Source: the human T2T-CHM13v2.0 reference genome, Homo sapiens
DNA length: 64,000 nucleotides
Strand: one strand, 5' to 3'
Assembly (NCBI RefSeq): GCF_009914755.1
Contig: NC_060937.1
Shown here: positions 13,978 to 27,270 of the stretch, piece by piece
Layout: each line of letters opens with the position of its first letter
Position numbering within the stretch: the stretch's first letter is position 1
Program-made: the position numbers and the translations under genes
The notes under the pieces: generated by a model
Database searches by the model: none
Told to the model about the DNA's origin: nothing
Seen by the model: only the letters and a program-made list of their open reading frames with translations

Positions 13978-15194
13978 TTAAATGACAGGGTACAGTACAC
14001 TACCTGCTATCCACCACAACATCACTTTTTTTTTTTTTACATATTTTATAAATGCTTGAACATCTCAATCTTCCTTCTTTCCACAAACAACAACTACAAA
14101 ACGACAGAACATGCAAATGTACACACAGAACATAGAAGTCTTCCTTCAGCTCACAAGACCCCTGTCTTGTGATTCCTCTATTTCTGTCTAGTTTTACAGC
14201 CAGAGTCTTAAGTTTCCTGCTAACATTCATCAGTTATACTCAGATATTTAGACACATTTTTCCATTTTTCTTATTCTGCAATGACTCACGCCATTCCTTC
14301 TCAATGTTTCTTCATATAATCTCTCATCAACATCTCTTTTTTTGGTGTGTCTCCCATTTCCTCTCTAAAAGTTTTAAAGATAGTTTATTTATTTTATAGT
14401 CTCTAAAAGCACACAGTAATGTGTCTCAGTCTGGATGTTGCCACATTAGCAGGTCTGCACACTCAGAGGACATTTATCTGCAGATTCACATCCATCAGCA
14501 CCTATGATTTTAATCATTTATTACTTATGATTTTCTCTGTTCTCTCATTTTGGGAAACGATCAGTGAAATGTAGAACCCCTGAATTGATAGGTATTTCAA
14601 ATAATTATTCTTTTTAAATTTTTCTTATATTTTTTGAGATTTTCTAAAAAACATTATCTACTCTCATTGATTTCCATTGGTACAAAGACTTGCTTAGTAT
14701 TTCCTATAATTCTGATTTGTTCTTTTAACTGATTTTTATATAGTATTCTATTCTTACATGACAGATTCTGTGTCTTTTCTTATATATCTGATTAAATTTC
14801 CCATTTTATAAAGATAATCTATTTTATGAAGTTGTTTTTCTCTTACTTCCTGTTTTCTTAGCATGCTCTCTGTTTTATTTCATTTATGTTTTCTTTTTTT
14901 CTGTTGTTCTATTAATTTTGTTTCTCATATGATAAAAACCCTTGAAAACATAATTTACTTGCACTTCTGTGTGCATTGGTTTAAACTCTCTATCAAGAGC
15001 TCTTTATAGACAAACTGGATAGTCAGCCACTTTTTGAAAAATAGACCAAAAATATTATTTTCAATAAGTCATCTACCTAGGTTGCTTTATTTTCCAAAGA
15101 GAAATATCTTGCAATCTCTTATCACAGTGTTTTAGGCAGTTACTTGCATTATGAGGCAAGGAGGGGAAATGGCTTTAATTCTCTTCATCATTAA

Positions 15195-15430
15195 ACCACA
15201 GAGACAGGAATCAGAATAGATATTTCTGTGAGATGGGGATACAGTGGAAGCATTGATTGGAATAGGGAATATAGGAACTATCTGAGGTTATGAAAATGTT
15301 CTATATCTTGAACTGAGTGGATTTTTGATATCTATAAATATATGTAAAAAAGAACTAAGTTGTATACTTAAAATGTGTGCACATCACTCTATATAAATTA
15401 AACTTGTATAAAAGTAAAATAAATAATATT
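15195..15430 (+). mobile_element. Old L1 (L1ME/MC-like) 3' end
   Basis: gttatgaaaatgttctatatcttga...gtatacttaaaatgtgtgcac...aataaa. Confidence 0.7.
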
Positions 15431-16949
15431 AAAAATTAAGAATTATTTTAAGGATACTCAAAATAATTTAGGTGATGGAATTTTTATCCTCAGTTTAGAA
15501 ATTCATCACAGTAGAGTGTCCAGGCAGGTTGTAAGAGAGAGACACTTGGGGACACACATGGAGTCTGCATACATGGCCTCCCGCCCTCAATTCCACAGGT
15601 AGGTAACAAAAGATTGAGGCATTAAAGGAGATAGAAGAGGCTAAAGAAACTCTGCAAGGAAAAGCAGAAAAAGTAAGGACTTTAAGGTGTTCTGCTAGAA
15701 TTCCACATTCTATTACTCAATCCTCTCTTTTCCCAACTCCCTGAACCTAGTTATCTTACAGGTACAATAAATACTATTAACTAATGTCATGCTGAGGGAG
15801 AAATAAAGGAAAACGGCCTGAAACTAGAATCTTAATCCTCAGTTTGAGCAAAAGGAGAAGAATACCCTCCAAATATCCCCAATTATTTAAGATTTTGGAA
15901 GAGAAAACTAGAAAAGGAAGTGTTTGATAAGCAAATCATATCCAACAATGGCCTGCCTTGTCTCTTTCCTAGAGCTATAAGAATAAAACCCTCTGGAAAA
16001 ATACAGCATACAGACAGGAAAGAAAAAAAAAGATGCACATCATAAAATGCTACCTTAGTTACAAATGTATATCTTATGCCTAAGGAATTCCAAAGCAGAA
16101 GCTGATCTGTGCTATTTTAGTCATATCTCCAGGCAAATATAGACAGCTTCATCTTCAAATAAAAGAAATAAACATATTACAAAATAATATTAATTAAAAC
16201 ATTTGTTTTCAAGTTAATTAAGCTATATAAACCAGATGCACAGCTTGATGCATATTATATATGTAATTTTTTTATTATTTTGAGGTTCAAAACCTCAATA
16301 ATATTCTTTATATCTTTCTAAACTTTCCCTTTGGTCTCTGCAGGGTATGAGAAGTTAAGAATAAAAATGAAAATAATTTAAACTTATAACTAATTGAATG
16401 TCTTTTGTAAAGTTTAAAATGCTATGTTAAATTTTTATGATTGCTATTAAAAAATAACTTACACAAATGCATTTTGAAAATGTTATTGCAATTCCATATT
16501 TGTTTCAATAACAATTATTATCCATATATTTTACACTGTTGCTAAACATTTCTGTAGACTTACTAAAAATAAAATAACCTAGTCATACATAGATATTTAC
16601 TCATAGAATAAGCACAAATCATATTCATAAAACTTTGTTTTTAGTATCTATATTTATTAACATTATTCTCAATATACACAATGTTTATGGAGCAGAACAG
16701 TTTATTTTTCCTTCCTTAGAGGAAATAATATCTTCATAACCCGTGTCCCAGTTCTTACCTCTGGAGTGACATGATGAAATCCAGATAACACCCTATACTT
16801 TTAGGTTCGATATCATAGTCAAGAGACATCCACAAAATAATTTTTCTATGTATACATAGTAGAAAGAGACAGCTGTACCTTCTTATCTGAGAAAATTTCT
16901 TTGAAACATAATGGGAAAAATCCTTGGTTTCCTATTCTGTTTAGTACAT

Positions 16950-17770
16950 AAATAAATCTCCCCAGGGAAAAGATAAAACCAGAGTTGCCAACTTTGTCAC
17001 CCAAGAACATATCCACAGGATCTCATCACTCCTTGCAATAGAAATGCAAAACTCAGGAGAGTTAAATATCTCTGGGGTTCTCTCTTTATATACTCAGTCT
17101 TAAATGAACTTTCAAGGCTTGTTTTTCTGTGCAGTTTTCAAGTTTCAGTAAGAATTACTCAGAAACCCCTAACTGCAGAAATATATAAATATTTTCTCAT
17201 TTCCAAAGTTAAAGTATTGCAAAAACAAACAAACAAAAATACTCAAACTATATAGCTAAGCAGCTATAGCCCATTTCGTACACGTCCTTAAGATAAACAA
17301 TAATTACTCCTCAAGTAAGAGGACTTGACAGCACCATTTGTCAATCGTAGTTTATTCTAACATTACCTGGTAATTGAGGTGACCTCCTGTGTTAGCTAAT
17401 TGGCTTTACCTAGATGAAAAACAAACTTCTCGTATCTTTATGAGAGAAGACAGTTTTCAAACTTAGAGTAAAAGGCTACAAAAGTTAGACTCCAATCATA
17501 CCGGAGAAAGTGAAATGTAGTGGAGTTATCTCCCTTCATGATTACAATTCAAAGATCTCTCCTAGGTCCCTAGAAAAGATATTCCTGAGTTATACAATTT
17601 ACAAACGGCCAATCTAGTTTTTAGAAACATTTACATGTATTTCAAAGAGGGGAAGAAGTACTTAGAATTTTAAGTTTTCTACCGTAAATGTTCTACAGAA
17701 TAGGTGGGGGAGAGAGATTTTATTTTCAACAAGGATAATTTAGCCTCTTAATTTAATATTAGTCCCTACA
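16950..17770 (-). mobile_element. ERV1 LTR, MER67-like; left boundary uncertain
   Basis: The right end reverse-complements to TGTAGGG..AATTAAGAGGCTAAATTATCCTTGTTGAAAATAA, followed by MER67-like tttgaaatacatgtaaatg. Confidence 0.55.
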
Positions 17771-18203
17771 ATAAATAGTAAGGTCTTAAATTTAAATCAA
17801 CTGCAACAATTAAATATTCTGTACTCATTCAATTTAAAAAATTGTTGTTGCATCAGTAGAAATGATGAGGTTCTACAATATCTGTATAAATATTCCAAAC
17901 TGATTAAATTTTTGATTGTTCCAAAATATCTAGGCATTATCTCTAGTAAATGAGGAAAGACATAGCTGATGAATTTTGGAAACTATTTCTTCCAGTAACT
18001 TTCTTAATATACATATTGAAAAATCTCTGAAAATTAGTCTTGATAATTAATGAAATGAAAAGTAATATTTGTCCTGTTTCATAGTTAATATTATTGAACA
18101 TTAGACAAATAGAAGCACTCAGACATTGCATAAATAATCTCACTTTACTCATACCCAGAACTCTTTATCACTATCATTTAATACTTGTTCATGTATATAT
18201 ATA

Positions 18204-18506
<303 letters not shown>

Positions 18507-18851
18507 ACTTGTTCATATTTTCATATGCAATACTATATTACAATGCTGCTTACTCCTTTGGATATTTGATATTGATGTCCCCTAAGCATTTTCAGTGAAG
18601 TGATAAGCAAAATATTATCTCATGGGTGTTTCACAAAAAGTCCTGAAAATATTACAAATTGTAGTTAAAAAAAGTCAAACATTTTTTAAACTAATAGATA
18701 AAATGTGTTATCAATAGGAAATGTTTCTGAAGCTAGTTTCTATTTTGTGAATATAGATACTGTTTTTAAAAAGTACAAATTAAATATCAAAAAATTATCC
18801 CAATTAAAAATAAGGAAAGATACTTCTTTATCCATGTTTTTAGAGAATTTA

Positions 18852-20394
18852 CAGTTATGTGTCTCGTAAAGACAGAAATGTATCATTCCTGTCTGAGAAA
18901 TGCATCATTAAATGATTTTTATGATTGTACAAACATCATAGAATGTACTTACACAAACTTAGGTGGTATAGTCTACTACACATGTAGGCTGTATGGTATA
19001 ACCTATTGCTCCTAGGCTACAAACCTGTACAGCATGTTACTGTACTAAATACTGTAGGCAACTGTAACATAATGATAATTATTTATATATCTAAACATAG
19101 GAAAGGTTTAGTAAAAATTAGGTATAAAAGATAAAAAATGGTACCTGTATAGGACATGTACCGTAAGTGGAGCTTGCAGGTCTGGAAGTTGCTGTGGGTG
19201 AGTCAGTGAGTTAAGTGATAAGTAAATGTGAATGCCTAAGTCATTACTGTATGCTATTACTGCAGATTTTATAAATGCTGTAAACTTAGGCTAAACTAAA
19301 TTTATAAAATAATATTTTTTGACTGGGTGTGGTGGCTCACGCCTGTAAACCCAGCACTTTGGGAGGCCGAGGGGGGCCGATCACAAGGTCAGGATTTCGA
19401 AACCATCCTGGCTAACATGGTGAAAGCCCGTCTCTACTAAAAACACAAAAAATTAGCCAGGCATGGTGGCACGTGCCTGTAGTCTCAGCTACTCGGGGGG
19501 CTGAGGATGGAAATCGCTTGAACCCAGGAGGCGGAGGTTGCAGTGAGCTGAGATTGTGCCACTGCACTCCAGCCTGGGCAACAGAGTGAGACTCCATCTC
19601 AAAAAAAAAAATAAATGAATAAGATTTTTTTTTCTATCATGATAAGTTATCATTAGCATACTGTAACTTTTTTCACTTTATAAACTATTTTTTAACATTT
19701 TAACTCTTTGGTAATAACACTACGTTTAAAAAAACAATACAATGTACAGCTGTGTAAAAATATATTCCCCTATTTATATCTTTATTCTGTAAGCTTTCTA
19801 TTTTTATGTTTTTAAATTTTCTTTTTCTGCTTTATAAATGTTTTGTTAAAGACTAATACACAAACACACATTTTGGCCTAGGCATATACCGGGTCAGTAT
19901 TAACAATATCACTGTCTTCCACCTCCATACCTTGTCCCACTGGTAGGTCTTCAGGGGCAGTAACATTCATAGAGCTGTCATCTCCTATGATAAAAATGAC
20001 TTCCTCTGGAATATCTCCTGAGTACCTGGAATACCTGCCTGAGGCTGTTTTACAGTTAACTTTTAAAAATAAGTACAAGACATACATACTAAAATAATGA
20101 TAAAATGTATAGTATAGTAAATATATGTACTAGCAACATAGTTATTTATTATAATTATCAAGTATTATGTAATGTACATAATTCTACCTGCCATACTTTT
20201 TTAAAAGTGGCATCACAATAGGCTTGTTTACACCAACATCACCACATACATGTGAGTAATGCACTGTGTTATGACTTTATGATGCCTATGACATTAGGTA
20301 ATAGACATTTTTTCAGCTCTATTATAATCTTATGAGATTTCATTGTATATATGGGCCATCATTGACCAGAATGTTGTTATGCAGTGCATGACTG
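18852..20394 (+). mobile_element. Tigger3b (GOLEM-derived) non-autonomous DNA transposon, interrupted by an Alu
   Basis: ta-cagttatgtgtc ... gcagtgcatgactg-ta termini with TA TSD; ~1.23 kb without the Alu; diagnostic cctattgctcctaggctacaaacctgtacagcatgttactgtact. Confidence 0.9.
19321..19617 (+). mobile_element. Alu (Sc/Y-like diagnostic accatcctggctaac)
   Basis: Dimeric Alu; TSD approximately aataatattttt/aataagattttt. Confidence 0.93.
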
Positions 20395-23300
20395 TAATTT
20401 AACCTAATCTAAAACAATCTGAAAAGTTTAAGTAACCAAAAACGCTACTTCAAATAGTATCTGACAGTTGTATTAAAGGTATTTTCAAAAGTAAATATTA
20501 AGATTGTCACTACGTCTTTTCAGTGCAATTTTTTGTGTTTATTTATGAAAGACCACACAATCTTCTCTTTTTTATCTTCTTTCTGTCTTCTTCTCCTTGT
20601 TCATAATGTGACAAGCTAGTTACAAATGTATTAACTCCATAAGTATTTTATCCTGGGTTTTTAGTAAATGTCACATCCTGGGGCTCAGCTAAATTAGCTA
20701 AAAAATGTTTACAAGCACATCTCTGTAAAAAGAGGAGCATAATGGACTAAACATCTTTTACATATATGTTGTTTTTTATAAATATAATCATATCAAACAA
20801 TAATCAGCAGGCGCAAACCCTGATGTAGCTCGGTTGGAAAGTGCACTTCGTTGATTTTTTTTGTCACTATGACCAAAAAAGAAATGCAAATGAATAAGTA
20901 AGTAAATCTTAACAAATTCAGGTAAGATTTTAACAACTTACCCTTCATAATCAGCCCAAATTTTTCATCACCCTGAATGCAGGTAATTTTATATACTTTA
21001 CATACGACTTTTGTAGAATATAAGATAGTAGAAGACACAGAAAAGCAAAAATTAATATTTTCATGTAGATAGATTTGTTTCAGTATTCATCACAGAATTT
21101 TAAATAAATCAAAGCAACCACATTTACCTAGTGAAGAATAAATCTTTCTAAATACTTCCCTCTAACCTTCTCACTATAACACTACATAATATATGCCTAT
21201 TGCTACCATTTACTATTACTTTCAGTATGTTTATTTGCAAATTTTGTGATTTCACAATATTCTATATTTTGCAAGTAATGTAAGGTACTTGAAAATGTAA
21301 TCTACACATACTATAAAACATAATTTGGCATTAAATTATTTATACACATAAATTACATTAATAATGTAAGCCATCACTTTCATAAAAGCAAATTAGTTAT
21401 TTGAAAATTAATTATTTGGTACTATATCTGTTAAACAAGCTTTATATTTGAATAGAATGCTTAGAAGTAGTTGACTTTAAAAGTTATTAATTTCAATAAA
21501 GATAAAAGTCAATAACACTCCTATTTGATAGGCTACAATGTTTTTATTAAAATGTAAACATGAGGAAATAAAGCATAGGAAAGAAAGAAAACTGCTCATA
21601 CTATAGTTTTCTCTAATTTTTACATTTTACATTAAACAAGACACAGTTTGATATCCTTTAAATGTGTCTCAATCTGGAGGTAGTCAGTTGTGAGTTGAAT
21701 GCTTGCTCTCAAGACTTACTTGCTATTTTAACATATGAATGAGATCGTGTATACATAATTATGAATTGCCTTATAAATTTATGAAATTTATAAAATTAAT
21801 AAATTTTATAAATACACTTATTAATAAAATACTTCATATATTAACAAATGTAACATTATATATTTGCTTATATAAGTTATATGTCATAAAAGTATATAAA
21901 CAAATTTAAATGCTTTATTAAACTTAGAAATAATCAATTTTCTCATTTTTAAGAACAATTAAAGCTCAGATGGCCTAAACAATTACTTTGTAACCTCCTA
22001 TCATGTAAGTATCAAATCTGGAATTCAAACTTTGTCTTTTTAGTAGAATTACATTTGTCATTCCATTACTCTGGGCTGAGTTTATCCTAAATCTATATAT
22101 CCTTCATTCTACAGCTGTAAATGCCAGGCTTTGATTCATTCCTGCATGAGATAATCACATTCTTATAATATTCATATACTTTTCATCTTCTTGACTCCCA
22201 AGCATCTAGACAAGAATATGCTGCGAATTTTGTCTAAAGATTCTCAGAAACTACATTGATAAATGGAAAAAGATAATTTTTGTTGTCCATAAGAAACAGT
22301 TTAAGTGTTGCTTATTAGCTTGCCTTTATAAATTAAGCAGTAGTAAATAATGTTAATTCATTTTTAATGCTTCCTCATGTTAAGAAAAATATAAATGCAT
22401 ATTTGCTTAGCAAATCAGAAAATTATTTTTTTTTAATCTTCCCCTCTCCTCTTCCTTTATTCCCTTCCAATCCAAGCAAGGACATGAAAGAAATATCATA
22501 AAGGCATATACTGAAATAGAGAAAACAGTGTGTAGTTTAATGTTATTGAGATGCATAATATATATCAGGGAGGGAGAACAGAAGTCCCCAATATAATCCT
22601 TGGAAATAAATTTGATATTTTATCCACAAAATAGTTGCATTTTTATATCTCTATGAAACATAGTAATAAGTTGAAAAGAGTGACACTCAAAGATATATGG
22701 TCTAATTTATACACAATAAAGTATAAGAGTTAAAATGGAATTAATTTCAGGCATTCTCATTATTGGAGCTATTACTTTGAAGACAATTTATTTTACTACT
22801 CTTCACAATCTGTGCTTATAAACTGACAGGCTATGTAGTGACATAATGCCTCCTGTGTCATAAATATTTCATGTGTAACTTTGAAGAGGAATTGAAAATA
22901 CCATTCAAGAGGCTTGCAGGGAGCAGATATTTCTTCAAGATTAAACAAGATTGTCTCTCTGCCTAGCCTGTTCTTTAATTTTAACTTTCACATCACGAGA
23001 AGGAGTCTATTGACGGACAATGTAGCACAAGAGTTTTTAAAGATGTGATCATTTTTTCTAAGTAAATTTGGTCTTACAGCTAGTTCTTTCTAGAAGCTCT
23101 TATGGAAGCAATAAATATGTGCATGAATACTCGTAATGATTTAATCTCATTTTATGTTTTTCTGAAGTTTGTTAATGATGGACCTAGAGTCCCAGGGTAA
23201 AAGCAAACACATTTGATCAAGGAGAATTGGAAGAAGATGAGGGAAAGAAACTTCTAAAAATCTAGTCGAAAATGACTAGAAATGAACCAAAAGATTATTT

Positions 23301-23854
23301 GGTAACAAAAGTAAGAACATGTGCATGTTTGTGGTCAGTTAAAAATAAAATGGTGGTTTGAACAATCTGGGTATTTTTAAAGATGAGTGAGTAGTATACA
23401 TTTAGGGGCTCTACTCTCTAGAAATGTTTTAAATTTGTTTTTGTGGCATCCATGTAAAAGCATATTGTAGAAATGAATAAAGAATGCATATCTAAGATTT
23501 GTAAAATGGTAGAATAATTATGCAGAAAAATGGAATTAGACCTATTTTGAGGAACGCCCTCTAAATACATGTATGGAATTAGATGCTAAAGTAGAAAAAG
23601 TATAGAAAGATAACTCAGTGAAAAATCTTGGCTGCTTCTTTGCAGTATTAGAAAAGCAAACAAGAAACAAAGGATCTCATAGGAAGTTATAAAAACTTCA
23701 CAGAAAATTTCTTATACAAAAGGATTTCATAGGAAGATGATCTATGAAGACAGTTTCTTCTTTTTTCATTTCAAAATAAAATTGTTTTCAATAATAGTAT
23801 TTATTGCAAAGCTCAAGGGTCATTCTGCGGGCTATAACTTAATTTTTTAAAACA

Positions 23855-24180
23855 TTTTATTTTATTTTATTATAATGTTTTTTATTTATTTATTTTTGGA
23901 GACAGAGTCTCTCTCTGTCTCCCAAGCTGGAGTACAGTGATACGATCTCAGCTCACTGCAATCTCCACCTCTCACGTTCAAGAAATTCTTGTACCTCAGC
24001 CTCCTGAGCAGCTGGGATTACAGGTGTGCACCACCACACCCAGCTAATTTTTGTATTTTTAGTAGAGACAGGGTTTTGCTACGTTGGCCAGGCTCGTCTC
24101 AAACTCCTGGCCTCATGTGATCCACCTGTCTCAGGCTCCCAAAGTGCTGAAATTACAGGCGTGAGCCACCATGCCCAGAC
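23855..24180 (-). mobile_element. Alu (S/J)
   Basis: Dimeric Alu with (TTTA)n tail. Confidence 0.93.
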
Positions 24181-24358
24181 TTATTTTATTTTTAATCGAC
24201 AAATATTTGTATATATGTATGTGGGTACACTGTTAGGATGTATGCATGCATTCTGGAATTGTTACATCAGGCTAATTAGCATATCTGTCACCTCACATAC
24301 TTAGCATTTCTTTGTGATGAGAACATTATGATTAACTTTTTTAGTGATTTTGAAATAT
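24181..24358 (-). mobile_element. L1MA 3' end fragment
   Basis: catcaggctaattagcatatctgtcacctcacatacttagcatttctttgtgatgagaaca. Confidence 0.8.
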
Positions 24359-25001
24359 AAAAAAAGTTTGAATCATTGGTCTTGGAGAAGCCAGGAAAAT
24401 CTCTTAGTAAATTATAAAATTATTTGTTAAAATGCTACCTATATTAAATCTGGAACATGCATGAAGAGCCCTGGAAAAGAAGCACAATAATAGACTCAGC
24501 CAACTATTGTAGAGAGGTACTGAAACCTCAGCATTTGATTGGCAGTAATTTATGGTCATAACAGGACAATATTTTAACTATGAATTTAATAAACTATAGA
24601 AATAGTCTATGAATGGAATATACTAGAGACAAACTTTATGTTTATATTACAAATTTAAGGATGTGGTCTTCAAGGTGGTGAAAAAAGTAGAAACTGTTGA
24701 TTCTAATAGACTTTACCACTGTAAACAATGCATTGGAATCATAAACTAAATCTTTGACCATCCAAAAGAAAAGAAAATGGAAAGGATAAATCCTTTCTTT
24801 CAGAAAAAAGAACAAAAAATTAGTTACTCCAGGCAGTGGAAAAGGTTTTAGGTAATCTTTCTCATCGAGAATAAAAAAATAAAATGACTAGAATACTGCA
24901 ATGTCAGAATTAAAGACACTTACATCTCTCCTTTATGGAAGAAATGAATGGGACCCCAAACAAACTCAAACTTCTGTCCCTTAAAGAAAGATAGAAGAAC
25001 A

Positions 25002-25382
25002 GGGGTACTGAAGGTATGTGTATCTCAAACATTTTTATGTTGAAGCCTAAAACCTCAACGTAATGACATTTTAAAGATTGTGCCTTGGGAGGTAAGTAGG
25101 TGATGAGGGTGGAAGAGTCATGAGTGGAATCATGCTCTTATGAGAAAATACAGGAGAGAGATGATCTTTCTCTCTGCTCTACACCATGTGAGAATACAAT
25201 GAGAAGATGGTCATTTCAACAAAAGAGAGTCTTCAACAAGGAGGAAAGCCCTTCAGCAAGAACCTGACCATGCTGGCACTCTAAACTTGGACTTCCAGCC
25301 TGCAGAACTATAAAAAATGTTTTGTGTTTTAAGCTACCTAGTAAATAATAATTTTTTGTAGCAGCCCAGGCAAACTAAGACA
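25002..25382 (+). mobile_element. MLT1A/B MaLR solo LTR
   Basis: tatgttgaagcctaaaacctcaacg ... gaacctgaccatgctggcactc..ttggacttccagcc ... aaactaagaca. Confidence 0.85.
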
Positions 25383-27059
25383 AGGGTTTACAAATTTATC
25401 TATAACGCTAGAAACCTGGAATCATGCCAAAGATGGTTAAGAAAAGGCTTTCAACAGCAGCCTGTAGTGCTATAAGGAAATTTGGGAAAAGCAGTCAGCC
25501 TGTGGACCAATTGACTGAGACTAATTAGTGCACCCTTCATTGAATTTGGAATGCCTTAGCCTCAATTGCAGACAGCAGGTGTTTCCCAGCAGAACCGAAG
25601 AAGTGTGTGCTATTTAATTGTTTACTGGTAAAGATAGGGAGAACATTCCTATAGCGCTCTGCTACAAAGTGGGTGATGATTAAGAGATTGCCTCATAGCT
25701 TTTCTGAAACCCTAGTCTCTTTAAATAGCCAAAACAGTTAATTATTTGAAGTATTTCTATCTCTATACAATATAACTATGTCTTTGAGGACTTTGAAAAA
25801 AATAAAAAGTGACCATTAAAATTGCAAAAGCACCTTGAGGTACACTGGTTAAAATCAACACTTAATAAGTGTTAAACCTGCCATAATTTATTAAGTGTAA
25901 GAAATGTTTCCATTTTCAAAAAAAATGTATAAATATAAATCCAAGAATTATTTCTGCCCCCATTAAACTGACCCCGGCATGGAAACTTAGAAAACTCTAC
26001 CTAATTTAGCTTGAGATCCTCTGGCAGGCGCCAAGACTCTCTTGAGCAGTGAAGCAGAAGACATTGGTCCAAGGGGAGAAAAGCAACTTGTGTCCTATTA
26101 AACTGAGCAATATGGGAAGAAAGGAGTGGAAGCAATATTAGCAGGCTTCAGAAATGCTAGCCCATACTATTTTGGAAACTTGTGGAAAGAAGCAGATGTA
26201 AAAGCTAATACAGTGTCTCACCTAGTATGTAACTAAATTGGTGATTAATCTCTAAGTATCGCATCTACTGGTGAATATGGCTGCTAATTATAATAGCAAA
26301 TGACAAAAAGACACTCTGCCCTACAGAAAGGCTAACAAGAATAAAGCTCATGTGGCATTTTGTTACAACATTTGTGATTTCAAAATGAGCATTGGTAGTG
26401 GTCTACTGAGAGCAAACTCTTATCTCTGATGTACACTGGTGAGGATCCATGTTTACTTCTAAGGATAATAATGGTTGCAATGACAGCCTGAGTTATTAAG
26501 ATAATGTAGGGCAACAACATGTTAGCCTTTGGAGATCAGTGGTATAGAGAGATATCCTCGGTACAAGGGTAAAACTGTGTCATATAGGCTACAAATGCTT
26601 CAAGCTGGTTAAGAAAGCAGACACAAATTCTCCATCTACAATCGCATATTGTGCAAAAGGTGGCAGAGAGGGCCCAGGACTCCTTGAGGGAAACAGAAGT
26701 AAAATATTCCTGGAGCAATGGAGATGGAATGTCAAACCCTCCAGATGAATGTGCAATGACTCTCCTAGTGCATAATGAAATAGGAAATTTGTATTCTTTG
26801 CTTAGAGACCAGAGAGGGATAATAATAGAAGAGACATTGAAAGGAGAACAAATGGAAACTAAAGCCAGAAAATGGACTCTCATTAGTTAACTAATTCTAC
26901 ACTGTGCCTGTTGGAACTCAATGGAATTTGGTAGTAACAAACAAGATTGCATGTGTCTTTATATTAATCTATTACTAATATTGTATCCTCATTAGTAATA
27001 GACTGTACCTATAAGCTCTGCCACACATTGCAAGGTAGAGCAAAGGCATTACAGATAAT

Positions 27060-27270
27060 GCTAACTTAGTTATACACTACTCACTTTTCTGAATGATTAT
27101 GTACATACTCATTATATTCTTCTAAGTTTTATGAGATAAATGTTATTTTCAATCTTCCTTCTTACAAATAAAGGAATTGAGGCACATATTTTTAAGTAAC
27201 CTCCCCAAAATTACACAGGTAGTTAATGGCAGAACTTATAATGAACTCTTGGGCTTTTCTCATTAGCAAC
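27060..27270 (-). mobile_element. MIR SINE
   Basis: ttacaaataaaggaattgaggcaca...aagtaacctccccaaaattacacaggtagttaatggcaga. Confidence 0.75.

Larger units (their letters stand above)
23100..26960 (+). mobile_element. Ancient decayed RLE-type non-LTR retrotransposon (R2/NeSL/Utopia- or R4-like), interrupted by Alu, L1MA and MLT1
   Basis: Collinear degenerate motifs: WK..I...KK...PG (24778-24835); NLGKAVS and FGMP (25479-25556); G.R*GE..SALL (25627-25664); DCLIAFLKP..KTVNYLKY (25686-25755); GL.(F)N..KC.T.H (25847-25884); CCHC-like knuckle plus HN (26705-26776); TVP (26901). Confidence 0.65.

Noticed and set aside
13551-14000. Long ORFs rich in F/L/S or K/E/R
   Set aside because: Translations of the purine microsatellite and AluJ.
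14000-15150. T-rich stretch possibly from an antisense old L1
   Set aside because: Too decayed to assign a family or boundaries by eye.
15560-16360. Splice-like signals (cacag|gtaggt at ~15598; ttggtctctgcag at ~16343)
   Set aside because: Isolated motifs with no ORF or transcript support; expected by chance.
21772-21815. AT-only palindrome tttataaaatt/aattttataaa
   Set aside because: Low complexity; not significant in this composition.
26536-26890. 115-aa and 79-aa ORFs as a host exon or endogenous bornavirus gene
   Set aside because: No resemblance to bornavirus N that I can recognise; the + frame is better explained as the CCHC/RLE end of the fossil LINE.
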